A stretch of DNA of 64,000 bases from Gemmatimonadota bacterium. Its GTDB lineage: Bacteria; Gemmatimonadota; Gemmatimonadetes; Longimicrobiales; Gaopeijiaceae. The stretch is taken from positions 32,001-96,000 of the forward strand of contig JBDHHQ010000007.1 of NCBI GenBank assembly GCA_039589315.1, given 5' to 3'. Below are positions 21,101-29,683 of this stretch, piece by piece. Numbering within the stretch: the stretch's first letter is position 1; the number at the start of each line of letters is the position of its first letter. Under the pieces are notes generated by a model, which saw only the letters and a program-made list of their open reading frames with translations, was not told the DNA's origin and ran no database searches. The translations under genes and the position numbers were made by a program.

Positions 21101-21427
21101 GAGGCTGCGGATTCGGCGGCGGCCCACCTCACCGTGGTCGAGGAGCGGCTGATCCAGACCAAGAACGAGTCCGGCCAGGATCCTATCAACTTCCCGCCCC
21201 GGCTCGACAACCAGCTCGTCTACCTGTACGGGCACGTCAACGCGGCGTACGGCCCACCGACCCAGGGCGCGATGGAACGCCTGACCGATCTTCGCGGCGA
21301 GCTGGACGCTCGGTTGACTGAGCTGGAGGCGCTCCTGTCCACCGAGCTGGCGGACTTCAACCGCCTGCTGGAGGAAGCCGGTGTCCAGAGCGTGGTCGTC
21401 CCGACGGGACGCAGGCCTGTTTCGTAG
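18182..21427 (+). CDS. BNR/Asp-box beta-propeller protein (VPS10/sortilin-like glycosyl hydrolase family)
   Basis: Signal peptide, IGPYRGGRV, many S/T-x-D-x-G-x-T/S-W Asp-boxes, C-terminal helical region. Confidence 0.9.
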   Translation: MQANARRPLLTLWAMAMAMTTALQAQPAEDPNVVHDPSLFSALEYRTIGPYRGGRVTAVTGIADRPFTFFMGSTGGGVWKTVDAGETWENVSDGDFDVGSIGAIDVADSDASVIYVGTGSAGIRGNVSIGRGVYRSYDGGKSWEHVGLREAGAINRVVVHPEEPELVYVAALGNPFGKNEERGVFRTRDGGESWEKVLFVADSVGAIDLAMNPANPRVLYAGMWRAERKPWTLVDASEDGGVFKTTDGGDTWEKLAGGLPEGLTGKIGLAVSPANPDRVWALVNAHDPEGGVYRSDDAGATWERVNRDHKLRQRHWYYSHIDAHPTDENTVFVQNTRFYRSIDGGGEFDQIDVHHGDVHDLWINPTDPDIMIVSNDGGAQVSLTGGGSWSTLLNQPTAEFYRVTVDDQFPYRVYGAQQDNSTITVPSWSPGGITPTQEWYSVAGAESGHIAVTPGNPDLVYAGNYLGRIDRYDHRTRSARNVIAYPQMQDGTAPKELKYRFQWNAPIVISPHDPETVYHTSNYVHRTRDGGMTWETISPDLTTNDTTQQELPGGPLQHDHTGVEVYNTVFAFAESPHTAGVLWAGSDDGLIHLSQDAGASWTNVSPADMPDQGTVNAIELSPHAEGRAYVSVYNYRMDDWRPFVFRTNDFGATWTLLTDGRNGIAVDTPVRVVREDPEREGLLYAGTEFGMFVSFDDGAHWQSLQLKLPRTPITDLRVYRDDLVVATQGRSFWILDDLTPLHDLGTWTAGESPHLLSPRHAYRASMSGRYRGDRAPEAPPQGATIHYHLNEAPEGELTVEILDGEGRVLRTYTGAAEDEEDEEDEDEDEDEDENEKEPDKTEFIERKDRAPQKAGLNRLVWDLKAPGPRTLQGSVMSLGYTGGAWIPPGTYQVRLSVDGWSDTRELEVRADPRLSVSQEDLDEQYRVTLQARDMVTASHEAIRAIRLARGQLTSAVVRVQAGDHGDEVEKRVREAADSAAAHLTVVEERLIQTKNESGQDPINFPPRLDNQLVYLYGHVNAAYGPPTQGAMERLTDLRGELDARLTELEALLSTELADFNRLLEEAGVQSVVVPTGRRPVS
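20630..20692 (+). repeat. GAGGAC-type hexamer tract encoding an Asp/Glu stretch
   Basis: Four perfect GAGGAC copies at 20654-20677 inside EDEEDEEDEDEDEDEDENEKE. Confidence 0.85.
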
Positions 21428-21536
21428 GATGCGCACGGCGCTCGCCGGATGCCTGAGGCTGACATGGCACAGGGAGCGGAGATACGACCGCACCCGTGCG
21501 CCAGCGCTCGAGGACAAGCCGACGGCTCACGGCGCG

Positions 21537-21572
21537 GCTCCGGGCTCGGGCCTCGACCCGAGGGGCCGGAGC
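21537..21572. terminator. Hairpin between convergent genes
   Basis: GCTCCGG..CTCGGG-loop-CCCGAG..CCGGAGC; no clear U-tract. Confidence 0.4.
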
Positions 21573-21577
21573 AGCCC

Positions 21578-23350
21578 CTAAGGCGCGGGTAGCTCCCGCC
21601 AGTTGTCGTCGCGGTCGGTATCCGGCAGCACGAACCAGGGGTCGAGGACCACGAAGGGAGGGCGCTCGGGCGTGACCATCCTCACGGTCTGAGTGACGGC
21701 CGAGCCGTCGACCACCTCCACGTGGTCCCCCGCCAAGACGACCACCGGCATCCAGGCGTCACCCCGCCGGATCACCTCCACCTCGGTCACCCAGTCGCCG
21801 GCCTCGTCCTGGCGCTGCTCGATAGCACCCAAGGCGTAGTCCAGCGTCGCGGTGGAGTGGACCCACTGGTCGAAGAACCAGCCCAGGTCCTCGCCCGAGA
21901 CCTCCGCCATGGCGCTGTGGAAGTCCTCTTCGGTCACGTGTTGCAGCTTGTTGCGATCGTAGTAGGTGCGGAGTGCCTCGCCGAAGACGTCGTGGCCCAG
22001 GTACTCCCGGAGCATGCGGTACATGACCTCCGCCTTGTCGTAGGCCAGGTGGCCATACGTGGAAAAGTCGGGCATGTCCTCGGACAGCGTGTCCATGGGC
22101 ACCGGCACGCCGGCCGCCTCCCTCCGGGCCACCCCAGCTACCGTGGCGCTCCACGGGTCAGCCTGACCGCGGTCTTCCATGAACCAGGACACCAAGAACG
22201 AGGCCATGCCCTCATCGAGCCAGGCGTCGCGCCATTCGTTGTTGGCCAGTATGCCGTGGGCGAACTGGTGCGCGGTCTCGTGGGTGATCAGACCCTGGCT
22301 CGAGCCCCCGTTCCCGATGAACATGGGAAACTCGGTGCCTCCGGTGTCCAGCCGGTGGGTGATGGTGAGCTGGGGCCACGGGTATTCGCCCAGGGTCTCC
22401 TGAAGCCAGCCCAGGGCCCGGGCGGTCTTCCGAACCACGGCGCCCAGGTCCCACTCCACGTCGCCGGGGAGGAAGAGGACGTGGATCGCCACGTCGCCCA
22501 GGTGCCCTCCCTCGTACATGTAGGCCGGATCGGTGGCCCAGGCGAAGTGGTGGACGTCCTCCGCGTAGAAGCGCACCCGCTTGCGCCCGGGGGCGAGCTC
22601 CTGGGGTAGGAAGTCCGGCGAGACGGGCGCTCGCGGTTGGGCGTAAAACCCCGTCACGTCCACGGGGTCGCCGCCCGGACTGTCCCCAGTCGGGCGCCAC
22701 CCGGGGTCCCCCTCGAGCGGCACGCCCGTCGCGCCCACGACCTGGTCCTCGGCCAAGTCCAGGGTGACGTCGTAGATGCCGAACTCGCCGTAGAACTCGC
22801 CCTGGGGATAGAGCGGGTGGGGCTGCCAACCATACCGGTCGTAGGGCGCGATGCGGGGATACCACTGGGCGAAGTCGTAGTGGCGCCCCTGCCGGCACTG
22901 GCGTCGGCACAGGGTGGCCGGGCGTGCGTCCCACTCGAAGCTCACGACGACGGAGTCGCCGGGCTCCAGTGGATCGGGGAGGTCCACCCTGGCCACCGTC
23001 GAGTCGGGGGCGTGGGGGAACGTGACCTCCAGGGGCCGGTCTCCGACGCGCATCCGATGAAGCCGCTCGTACCCGTAGTCGGGATCCTCGAGGGCGCCGA
23101 ACTGGAGGCTCTGACGGCGCTCCACCCTGGACCAGATGCTCCCGGGCCTGAACGCGTTGAGGTGCAGATGGAAGTAGAGCTCTTCCAGCGCGTCCGGCGA
23201 GCGGTTGTGGTAGACCATGGTCCCACCCGCCCGCAGGACCTCCGCCTCCTCATCGAGCTGAGCCTGGATGGTGTAGTGGACCTCTTGTTGCCAATAGTCG
23301 TTCGGCTCGTGCGCCTGCGCCACGAGGATCAATGCCAGAATTGGGACCAC
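21578..23350 (-). CDS. Secreted M1 family metallo-aminopeptidase
   Basis: YWQQEVHY, QWYP, GGTEFP (GxMEN-like) and HETAH...WLDEG; AGGAGG RBS before the GTG at 23350. Confidence 0.9.
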   Translation of the reverse strand: MVPILALILVAQAHEPNDYWQQEVHYTIQAQLDEEAEVLRAGGTMVYHNRSPDALEELYFHLHLNAFRPGSIWSRVERRQSLQFGALEDPDYGYERLHRMRVGDRPLEVTFPHAPDSTVARVDLPDPLEPGDSVVVSFEWDARPATLCRRQCRQGRHYDFAQWYPRIAPYDRYGWQPHPLYPQGEFYGEFGIYDVTLDLAEDQVVGATGVPLEGDPGWRPTGDSPGGDPVDVTGFYAQPRAPVSPDFLPQELAPGRKRVRFYAEDVHHFAWATDPAYMYEGGHLGDVAIHVLFLPGDVEWDLGAVVRKTARALGWLQETLGEYPWPQLTITHRLDTGGTEFPMFIGNGGSSQGLITHETAHQFAHGILANNEWRDAWLDEGMASFLVSWFMEDRGQADPWSATVAGVARREAAGVPVPMDTLSEDMPDFSTYGHLAYDKAEVMYRMLREYLGHDVFGEALRTYYDRNKLQHVTEEDFHSAMAEVSGEDLGWFFDQWVHSTATLDYALGAIEQRQDEAGDWVTEVEVIRRGDAWMPVVVLAGDHVEVVDGSAVTQTVRMVTPERPPFVVLDPWFVLPDTDRDDNWRELPAP

Positions 23351-23413
23351 GTTTCCTCCTCTTGGTTCTTCACATGGGCCGAGACCGGATAACGTCCGAC
23401 GTATGTGGGCGCA

Positions 23414-23650
23414 ATCCCCTTGAACCGGCTTCCCGAGATCAAGCGACGTGCTCCCGAGTTGTATGACTCGCTCGAGTACCACACGTCCGGGACCAAGCTA
23501 CTGCTCAAGTTCGTGTTCAGCCGGGAGATCTCGCTCTTCAACCGGATGATCCGATCGGAGCGAGGGGGCGTGCCGCTCAGCGACGATGCGACGCCGGATC
23601 GGGCCGTCCTCGCTGAGGAAGCCGAGCCGGCGAGCAGCGACGCGGCCTAG
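23414..23650 (+). pseudogene. Sphingolipid delta-4 desaturase (DEGS/DES1-like), C-terminal remnant
   Basis: IPLNRLPEIKRRAPELYDSLEYHTSGTKLLLKFVFSREISLFNRMIR resembles the region after the last His box of DES-type desaturases; His boxes absent. Confidence 0.65.
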
Positions 23651-23735
23651 CGAGCGACACCGGGTCCAAGCGTTTCCAGGACCCCCGCTGATCAGAGCCG
23701 GCAGGGGCCCACCCGCTGATTGGCAGGGCCAGCTC

Positions 23736-25538
23736 CTACCGCGAACGAGACAGGAACGCCCTCGCGTTTCGAACAGCCTCCGGGTGCGCGTCGGCGTCCG
23801 GCGACGACAGGATTCTCTCGTACAGCCTTCGGGCCTCGGCGACGTCGCCCTCGCGTGCCGCGAGTGCGGCCGCGTTGGCCAGGATCACGGCGTGTTCCGG
23901 CTGAAGCTCGAGGGCGTCAGCGTACAGCTGCCTCGCGTCGGCAATACGCCCGAGCATCCAGCTGCTGTTGCCCATGCCCAGCAGTGCTTCGGCGTTCTGT
24001 TCCAGTTCATTCCACTCGGTATACGCCCGCAGGCTCTCCTCGTACCTCTCCAGCTTGGCCAACTGCTGCGCGAGGGCGCGGAGCAGCTCCGACCGGTCGT
24101 CTTCTTCGGCGACCCGCTCCAACCCGAGGCGGTACGAGCCGAGAACCGTTTCGAAGCTCTCGATGCGCTCGTAATGCAATCCCAAGCCGAGATACCCGAC
24201 GGCGCGAGCCGAATCCTGCGCCACGACCTTCGACCACAGCGTCTCCTCGCTGCGCCAGTCCCCCAAGGATCGCCCGGTCAGGAACGTGAAGCAGCCGAGG
24301 ACCAGTGTCGCCACGACGAAGGCCGACCCCGGCTGTGTCGATCGCAACGCGCCCGTGACCGCGACCCCGATCGCGACCATCATGACCGAAGGGAGGTACA
24401 GGAACCGGAGCGCGAAAACTCCCACCTCATGGAAGCCGAGCAGGAGGGTCACGGCGCTGGTACATGCTCCCCACAGCACCCAGAAACGCAGGTCAGGACG
24501 ACGCACGAAGAGCGCCACGAAGAGGGCGGTGGCTGCGGCTCCCAGCGCGATGTCCAACCAGCTCGCCACGCCGCCGACCGGATAGCTGAAGTGGACCGGG
24601 TTTGGCCAAGGAACCAGCAGGTATCGAGCCGTCAGCAGGGACTGCTCGAGGGACCGCACCAACCCGACCCCCGAAAAGGCCAGGCCCGTTCCTCCCACCA
24701 CGGCGCCGCGCACGACGACGAACATTCCGACGAGGCCGGCCGCTACCCAGTGCCGCCAGCGGTGCGGTGGCGGCACGCGGCCATACGTCAGGAGGTCGAA
24801 CGTCAACAACAAGACCGGAAAGACGACGGTCGTCTCTTTGACGAACACCGACCCCGTGAAGAGCGCTAAGCTAGCGAAAAGCACACCCGCGTTCCGGGAC
24901 TCCCGATAGTGCAGATAGGCCAGGAAGGCACCGAGGAAGAACATTCCCGCGACGACGTCGGTGCCGCCCGAGATCCAACCCACCGCCTGCGCGTGGGCCG
25001 GGAACAAGCCGAAAGCCAGGGCTCCCACCCACCGGACCCACTGCGGGTATTGCGGGAAGATCGCGTCGAATATGCGCAGGACGAGCAGGGTGTTGACGAC
25101 GTGGGCCAGGAGGGTCGCTGCGTGGAACCAATAGGGATCGGGTCCAGCCAGCGCATGGATGACGAAGTACCACAAGAGATAGAGGGGGCGATAGAGCCTG
25201 CCGTCGGTGAGCTCGAAGGCGGAGCTGGCCCAGACGCTTTCGGTGAAGAACCGGGGAATGGCGCTTGCCGACCCCAGGTAGGGGTTCTCCCCGATCATCG
25301 GCCAGTCATCGGAGATGAATCGGCCGGCCAAGCTCCTGAGATAGGCCAACGCCACGATGGCCACGGTGCTCAGATAATACAGTGGCGTCGGAATGCGCTG
25401 CACGGCCTCTGGTTCGGATCCCACGTCAGGCGCGGGGATCGGTGCTCGGGTTGGACGGAGCCGCCGCGATGGCCGTCGGGTCAGTCCAGATCGAGCCAGT
25501 GGCGTCCTCCAAGCCCTACCTCCGGATCGGGTCGACAA
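23736..25538 (-). CDS. GT-C membrane glycosyltransferase with C-terminal TPRs (TMTC-like)
   Basis: FISDD, YRPL, FHAATLLAHVVN, AVGWISG, KET, RFLYLPS and WRSEETLW, then TPR helices; start may be the GTG at 25424 or 25403. Confidence 0.85.
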   Translation of the reverse strand: MSTRSGGRAWRTPLARSGLTRRPSRRLRPTRAPIPAPDVGSEPEAVQRIPTPLYYLSTVAIVALAYLRSLAGRFISDDWPMIGENPYLGSASAIPRFFTESVWASSAFELTDGRLYRPLYLLWYFVIHALAGPDPYWFHAATLLAHVVNTLLVLRIFDAIFPQYPQWVRWVGALAFGLFPAHAQAVGWISGGTDVVAGMFFLGAFLAYLHYRESRNAGVLFASLALFTGSVFVKETTVVFPVLLLTFDLLTYGRVPPPHRWRHWVAAGLVGMFVVVRGAVVGGTGLAFSGVGLVRSLEQSLLTARYLLVPWPNPVHFSYPVGGVASWLDIALGAAATALFVALFVRRPDLRFWVLWGACTSAVTLLLGFHEVGVFALRFLYLPSVMMVAIGVAVTGALRSTQPGSAFVVATLVLGCFTFLTGRSLGDWRSEETLWSKVVAQDSARAVGYLGLGLHYERIESFETVLGSYRLGLERVAEEDDRSELLRALAQQLAKLERYEESLRAYTEWNELEQNAEALLGMGNSSWMLGRIADARQLYADALELQPEHAVILANAAALAAREGDVAEARRLYERILSSPDADAHPEAVRNARAFLSRSR

Positions 25539-25675
25539 TCAGCACGTCCGTGAACCTGGGCGCGGCAAGCTAACGCCAATGCGGCTCTGCGCGACTCAGC
25601 GGCTGACAGGAAGATCGGCTAGCTTAAGTGCCCCGGCGCAGAATCACCACACAATCCAACACGGTCGGCATCGAA

Positions 25676-26009
25676 ATGGCCTCTGATCTGAGTTTCGTCG
25701 AGTACGTGGTGGACCAGCTCGCCGAGGACTGTGCGGTCACCTACAAGAAGATGTTCGGTGAGTTCGGCCTCTACAGCTGACGGGAAGCTGTTCGGGTTGA
25801 TCTGCGACAATCGGCTCTTCGTGAAACCCACGGTGGGCGGTCGCGCGTTCATCGGGGACGTGGTCGAAGCGCCACCCTACCCGGGGGCCAAGCCGAGTCT
25901 CCTGATCGAGGGGCAGATCGAGGACGGAGAGTGGCTGAGTGAGCTGGCGAGGATCACTACGCGCGAGCTACCGGCTCCGAAGCCCAAGAGGCGGAGGAGG
26001 AAGGGCTGA
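25676..26009 (+). pseudogene. TfoX/Sxy N-terminal domain protein, frameshifted
   Basis: MASDLSFVEYVVDQL...YKKMFGEFGLYS stops at TGA 25778-25780 and continues in the +1 frame as DGKLFGLICDNRLFVKPT...PPYPGAKP. Confidence 0.85.
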
Positions 26010-26098
26010 TCTCGAGCCCCTCAGGCAGCCCCGCTCAGATCGAGGCTGCCCGGACCGTGCCTTCGGGCCCAAGTCGGCGCGTCCGCCGCAAGCGTCAG

Positions 26099-26407
26099 TC
26101 ACGTGGCACCTCGTGATTCGAAGTGTCCGATGGGCGCCTCCGACAACGTCAACCCGTCGCACTTCGCATCGAGCGCCGAGTATTCCGCACCGTAGCGGCG
26201 TCTGAATTCGCCGTAATGATCCGCGGTCTCCCAGCGGTCGATCGTAATGAACCGCAGAGGGTCGGTGAGGTCTCGCAGTAACGCGGTCCCGAGGTAGCCC
26301 GAGGCCCGGCCGAAGAGGGACGCCCACGCTCCATCATCGCCGTAGTGCTCGAGGAAGGACTCGACCGTGTCGGGACGCACTCGGTACTCCCAGAGGTAAA
26401 CGAACAT
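26099..26407 (-). CDS. Antibiotic biosynthesis monooxygenase (ABM) family protein
   Basis: MFVYLWEYRV...GYLGTALLRD...RFITIDRW; 102 aa. Confidence 0.75.
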   Translation of the reverse strand: MFVYLWEYRVRPDTVESFLEHYGDDGAWASLFGRASGYLGTALLRDLTDPLRFITIDRWETADHYGEFRRRYGAEYSALDAKCDGLTLSEAPIGHFESRGAT

Positions 26408-26586
26408 CGCTGTGCGGAGATTGGGTTGAAGTGCGTGGAGATGATGGTCGCGCTGGCCTCGGTCACACCCGACGAAGCGGCGCCTGCCGAGTGGCTTCGC
26501 TCCAAACTCGGCCCCTCCGGTAAACGCGTTCCGGGGCGGCCTGGCGGACTGCGGTTCCACCTGCCCGCAGCGCAGCGACGTGGAGT

Positions 26587-26643
26587 CCCTCGAGCCGTCG
26601 GGATGACGCCTTGATACTTGCTCGAGATGGTCACAGTGGGCAA
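26587..26643 (-). pseudogene. AbrB/MazE-type antitoxin, N-terminal remnant
   Basis: TTG start gives MPTVTISSKYQGVIP, close to the 'TVTISSKYQVVIP' AbrB-like start; similarity then breaks off. Confidence 0.5.
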
Positions 26644-26866
26644 GACGCTTACTGCTTCCCAACGGCCGCGCCGGGCCTCGAATGGAAGAGGCTCCTGCCC
26701 CGAGAACCACCTGAGCCGGTCCGGTGCTCCCGCATCGCCTTCCCACAATCCACCGGCACCGTTCCGTGTGTCTCCTGGTGCCTGATGAGCCGGCCGGCAC
26801 CGCGTCCAACATCCTGGGCGCACTGGGTGTCTTTGGTGTTGCATGCCATTCCCAAGGAGCTGTTTC

Positions 26867-29683
26867 ATGGATCCACGTGCTGTAAGCGGGATCCGGCGTG
26901 TCGGCGCCTTCGTGGCGCTTGCAGCGCTGGTGGCCGTGCCGGACGCCCTGCAGGGGCAGACCGAGTTCCGGCGGGGCCAGATCCCGTCCCCCCCGCCATT
27001 CCATGCAATCCAGAACGCGCGTCTGGTCACGGTCTCGGGTGCCGTGATCGAAGAGGGGACCATCGTCGTCGAAAACGGCGTGATCACGGCTGTGGGCGCC
27101 AACGTCTCCGTTCCGCCGGAGGCGCGGATCATCGATGGCACGGGGCTGACGGTCTACCCCGGTCTCATCGACGCAATGACCACCCTGGGCCATCCGTCCA
27201 GTCCGGCCAGCGTGCGCGGTGGCGGCGCCAACGGGCCCTCCCGAGGTGGCACCGGTGAGGATCGATCCTGGGGTCCGGAAGACCGGCCGGCCACCACACC
27301 CTGGGTCAGCGCGGCCGACGACCTGGACCCCGGGGACGAGCGGATCGAGCGTTGGCGACACGCCGGATTCACCACGGCCATCACTACGCCGGAGCACGGG
27401 TTCTTCCCGGGGCAGGCGGCCGTCATCAACCTGGCGGGATTCCGCGGGCGCGAGATGGTGGTCCACACGCCGGTTGGCATGCGCGTGAACCTGAGGGGCG
27501 GGCCCGGCCATTCCGGGTATCCCACGTCGCTGATGGGGGGCTTCGCGTATCTGCGTCAGACCTTCATGGACGCAGACCACTATGGTCGCACGTGGACGGC
27601 GTACGAGCGGTCGCCTGCCGGGCGCACGCGGCCCGAGTACGACGAGACGCTCGAGCCCATCCGCACCGCCATGGCCGGATCGTGGCCGGTGTTCTTCCCA
27701 GCCGCGTCCGCCACCGAGATCCGCAGGGCGCTTACGTTCGGCGGTGAGCTGGGCCTGAACACCGTCATATACGGAGCAAACGGCGCGTACGATGCGGCCG
27801 ATGATCTCGCAGCGGCCGGTGCGCCGGTTCTGGTCAGCCTGGACTGGCCACGGCCCGCCCGTGACGCCGATCCGGACCGGGAGCCCACGCTGGCGGAGCT
27901 GCGGCTCCGGGAGCGGGCACCCACGGCCCCGTCGGCGTTGGAGGCTGCGGGCGTCCCCTTCGCCTTCTCCACGGACGGCATGCGCGATCCGGCGGACGCG
28001 CTCTCCAACGCGCGCTACGCCGTGAAGGCGGGCCTTTCACCTGAGGGGGCCATCCGCGCCTTCACGCTTTCCGCGGCCGAGATACTCGGTGTGGACGACC
28101 GCACCGGCTCGCTGGACGTGGGCAAGATGGCCAACCTGGTGATCACCGAGGGTGACCTTTTCGATGACAGCGCTACGGTGAAGATGGTGCTGGTCGATGG
28201 GCACGTCTTCGAGAACGGTGACCGCCTGGCCGACCGCGAGGAGGAGTCCAGGCGGATGGCCGGAGAGGCCGGAAGCTTCGGTGGCGCGAGGAGCTCCGGC
28301 GGGCGCGGCAGCCCGGGCGGCTTCGGCCGGGGCAAGGTGGCCATGCCGTCCGAGTTCACGGGCCTCACGCCCATAACGCCTCGGGGCCCCTACCAGACGG
28401 CGGACGCCTGGGTCGTTCGCAACGCGACGATCATGACGGGCACGGGCGAGACCATCGAGAACGGGTCCGTCGTGGTGGTGGACGGGAAGATCACTGCGGT
28501 GGGGACGGACGTAGACACACCCGCCAACGCTCAGGAGATCGACGCCAGCGGTCAGTGGGTCATCCCCGGCATCATCGACGCCCACTCCCATATCGGTGGG
28601 GACGGCGGCATCAACGAGGGCACCATCACGGTGAGCGCCATGGTGGGGATCGAGGACATCATCGATCCCGACGACATCGGCATCTATCGGGCGGTTGCGG
28701 GCGGTGTGACCACGGCCAACATCCTACACGGCAGCGCCAATCCCATCGGGGGCAAGAACGCGGTCCTGAAGATGCGCTGGGGCACGGACGCGGATGGCCT
28801 GCAGGTGGACGGCGCCAAGCCTGGCATCAAGTTCGCACTGGGCGAAAACCCCAGCCGCACCCGGAATCCCCAGCGGTATCCGAACACCCGGCTGGGCGTC
28901 ATGGACGTGATCCGCCAGGCGTTCACCGACGCCGTGGCGTACAAGGCCGAGTGGGATGCCTATGAAGCCGGCGACGACGGTGACGTGCCGCCCCGGCGCG
29001 ACCTGGCGCTGGACGCCCTGGTGGAGATTCTCGAGGGCGAGCGAATGGTGCACGCCCACTCCTACCGGGCCGACGAGATTCTCCAACTGCTCAGGCTGGC
29101 CGAGGACTTCGACTTCCGCATCGCCACGTTCCAGCACGTGCTGGAGGGGTACCGGGTGGCCAAGGAGATCGCCGAGCACGGCGCGGGCGCGTCGACGTTC
29201 AGCGACTGGTGGGCGTACAAGGTGGAGGCGTACGAGGCTATCCCCCACAACGCGGCCATAATGTCCGAGCAGGGCGTGGTGGTGAGCATCAACTCCGACT
29301 CCGGCGAGGAGATGCGCCACCTGAACCAGGAGGCGGCCAAGACCATGAAATGGGGCGGTCTCGACGAGCACGAGGCCCTAGCCCTGGTGACCATCAACCC
29401 GGCCCGTCAGCTCGGCATCGACGACCGGGTGGGCTCCATCGAGGTCGGCAAGGACGCCGATCTGGTGATCTACGACGGTCACCCGTTGAGCATCTTCTCG
29501 AGGGTCGAGAAGACCATGATCGACGGGTCCATCTACTTCGATCGAGAGATGGACGGCGAGCGGCAGGCCCAGCTCGACCACGAGAAGCAGACGTTGATCG
29601 AGAAGTTCGGTCGAGGCCAGGAGAGTCGCGGACGTCCCGTGACCGACCGCGTCATCACCGAAGTCCCCGGAGGTGCACGATGA
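26867..29683 (+). CDS. Secreted two-domain amidohydrolase
   Basis: First domain PGLIDAMTT (no HxH); second domain PGIIDAHSH, KFALGENP, HSYRADE, QH and NSD; Gly-rich linker. Confidence 0.9.
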   Translation: MDPRAVSGIRRVGAFVALAALVAVPDALQGQTEFRRGQIPSPPPFHAIQNARLVTVSGAVIEEGTIVVENGVITAVGANVSVPPEARIIDGTGLTVYPGLIDAMTTLGHPSSPASVRGGGANGPSRGGTGEDRSWGPEDRPATTPWVSAADDLDPGDERIERWRHAGFTTAITTPEHGFFPGQAAVINLAGFRGREMVVHTPVGMRVNLRGGPGHSGYPTSLMGGFAYLRQTFMDADHYGRTWTAYERSPAGRTRPEYDETLEPIRTAMAGSWPVFFPAASATEIRRALTFGGELGLNTVIYGANGAYDAADDLAAAGAPVLVSLDWPRPARDADPDREPTLAELRLRERAPTAPSALEAAGVPFAFSTDGMRDPADALSNARYAVKAGLSPEGAIRAFTLSAAEILGVDDRTGSLDVGKMANLVITEGDLFDDSATVKMVLVDGHVFENGDRLADREEESRRMAGEAGSFGGARSSGGRGSPGGFGRGKVAMPSEFTGLTPITPRGPYQTADAWVVRNATIMTGTGETIENGSVVVVDGKITAVGTDVDTPANAQEIDASGQWVIPGIIDAHSHIGGDGGINEGTITVSAMVGIEDIIDPDDIGIYRAVAGGVTTANILHGSANPIGGKNAVLKMRWGTDADGLQVDGAKPGIKFALGENPSRTRNPQRYPNTRLGVMDVIRQAFTDAVAYKAEWDAYEAGDDGDVPPRRDLALDALVEILEGERMVHAHSYRADEILQLLRLAEDFDFRIATFQHVLEGYRVAKEIAEHGAGASTFSDWWAYKVEAYEAIPHNAAIMSEQGVVVSINSDSGEEMRHLNQEAAKTMKWGGLDEHEALALVTINPARQLGIDDRVGSIEVGKDADLVIYDGHPLSIFSRVEKTMIDGSIYFDREMDGERQAQLDHEKQTLIEKFGRGQESRGRPVTDRVITEVPGGAR

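Noticed and set aside
19958..21517. Long antisense ORFs across the window (also 51720-54017, 49896-51350, 35145-37214)
   Set aside because: They mirror well-supported genes codon for codon and show no independent motifs
26408..26586. Possible PIN toxin remnant after the AbrB-like fragment
   Set aside because: Only a vague DHHLHAL resemblance; not enough to support a call
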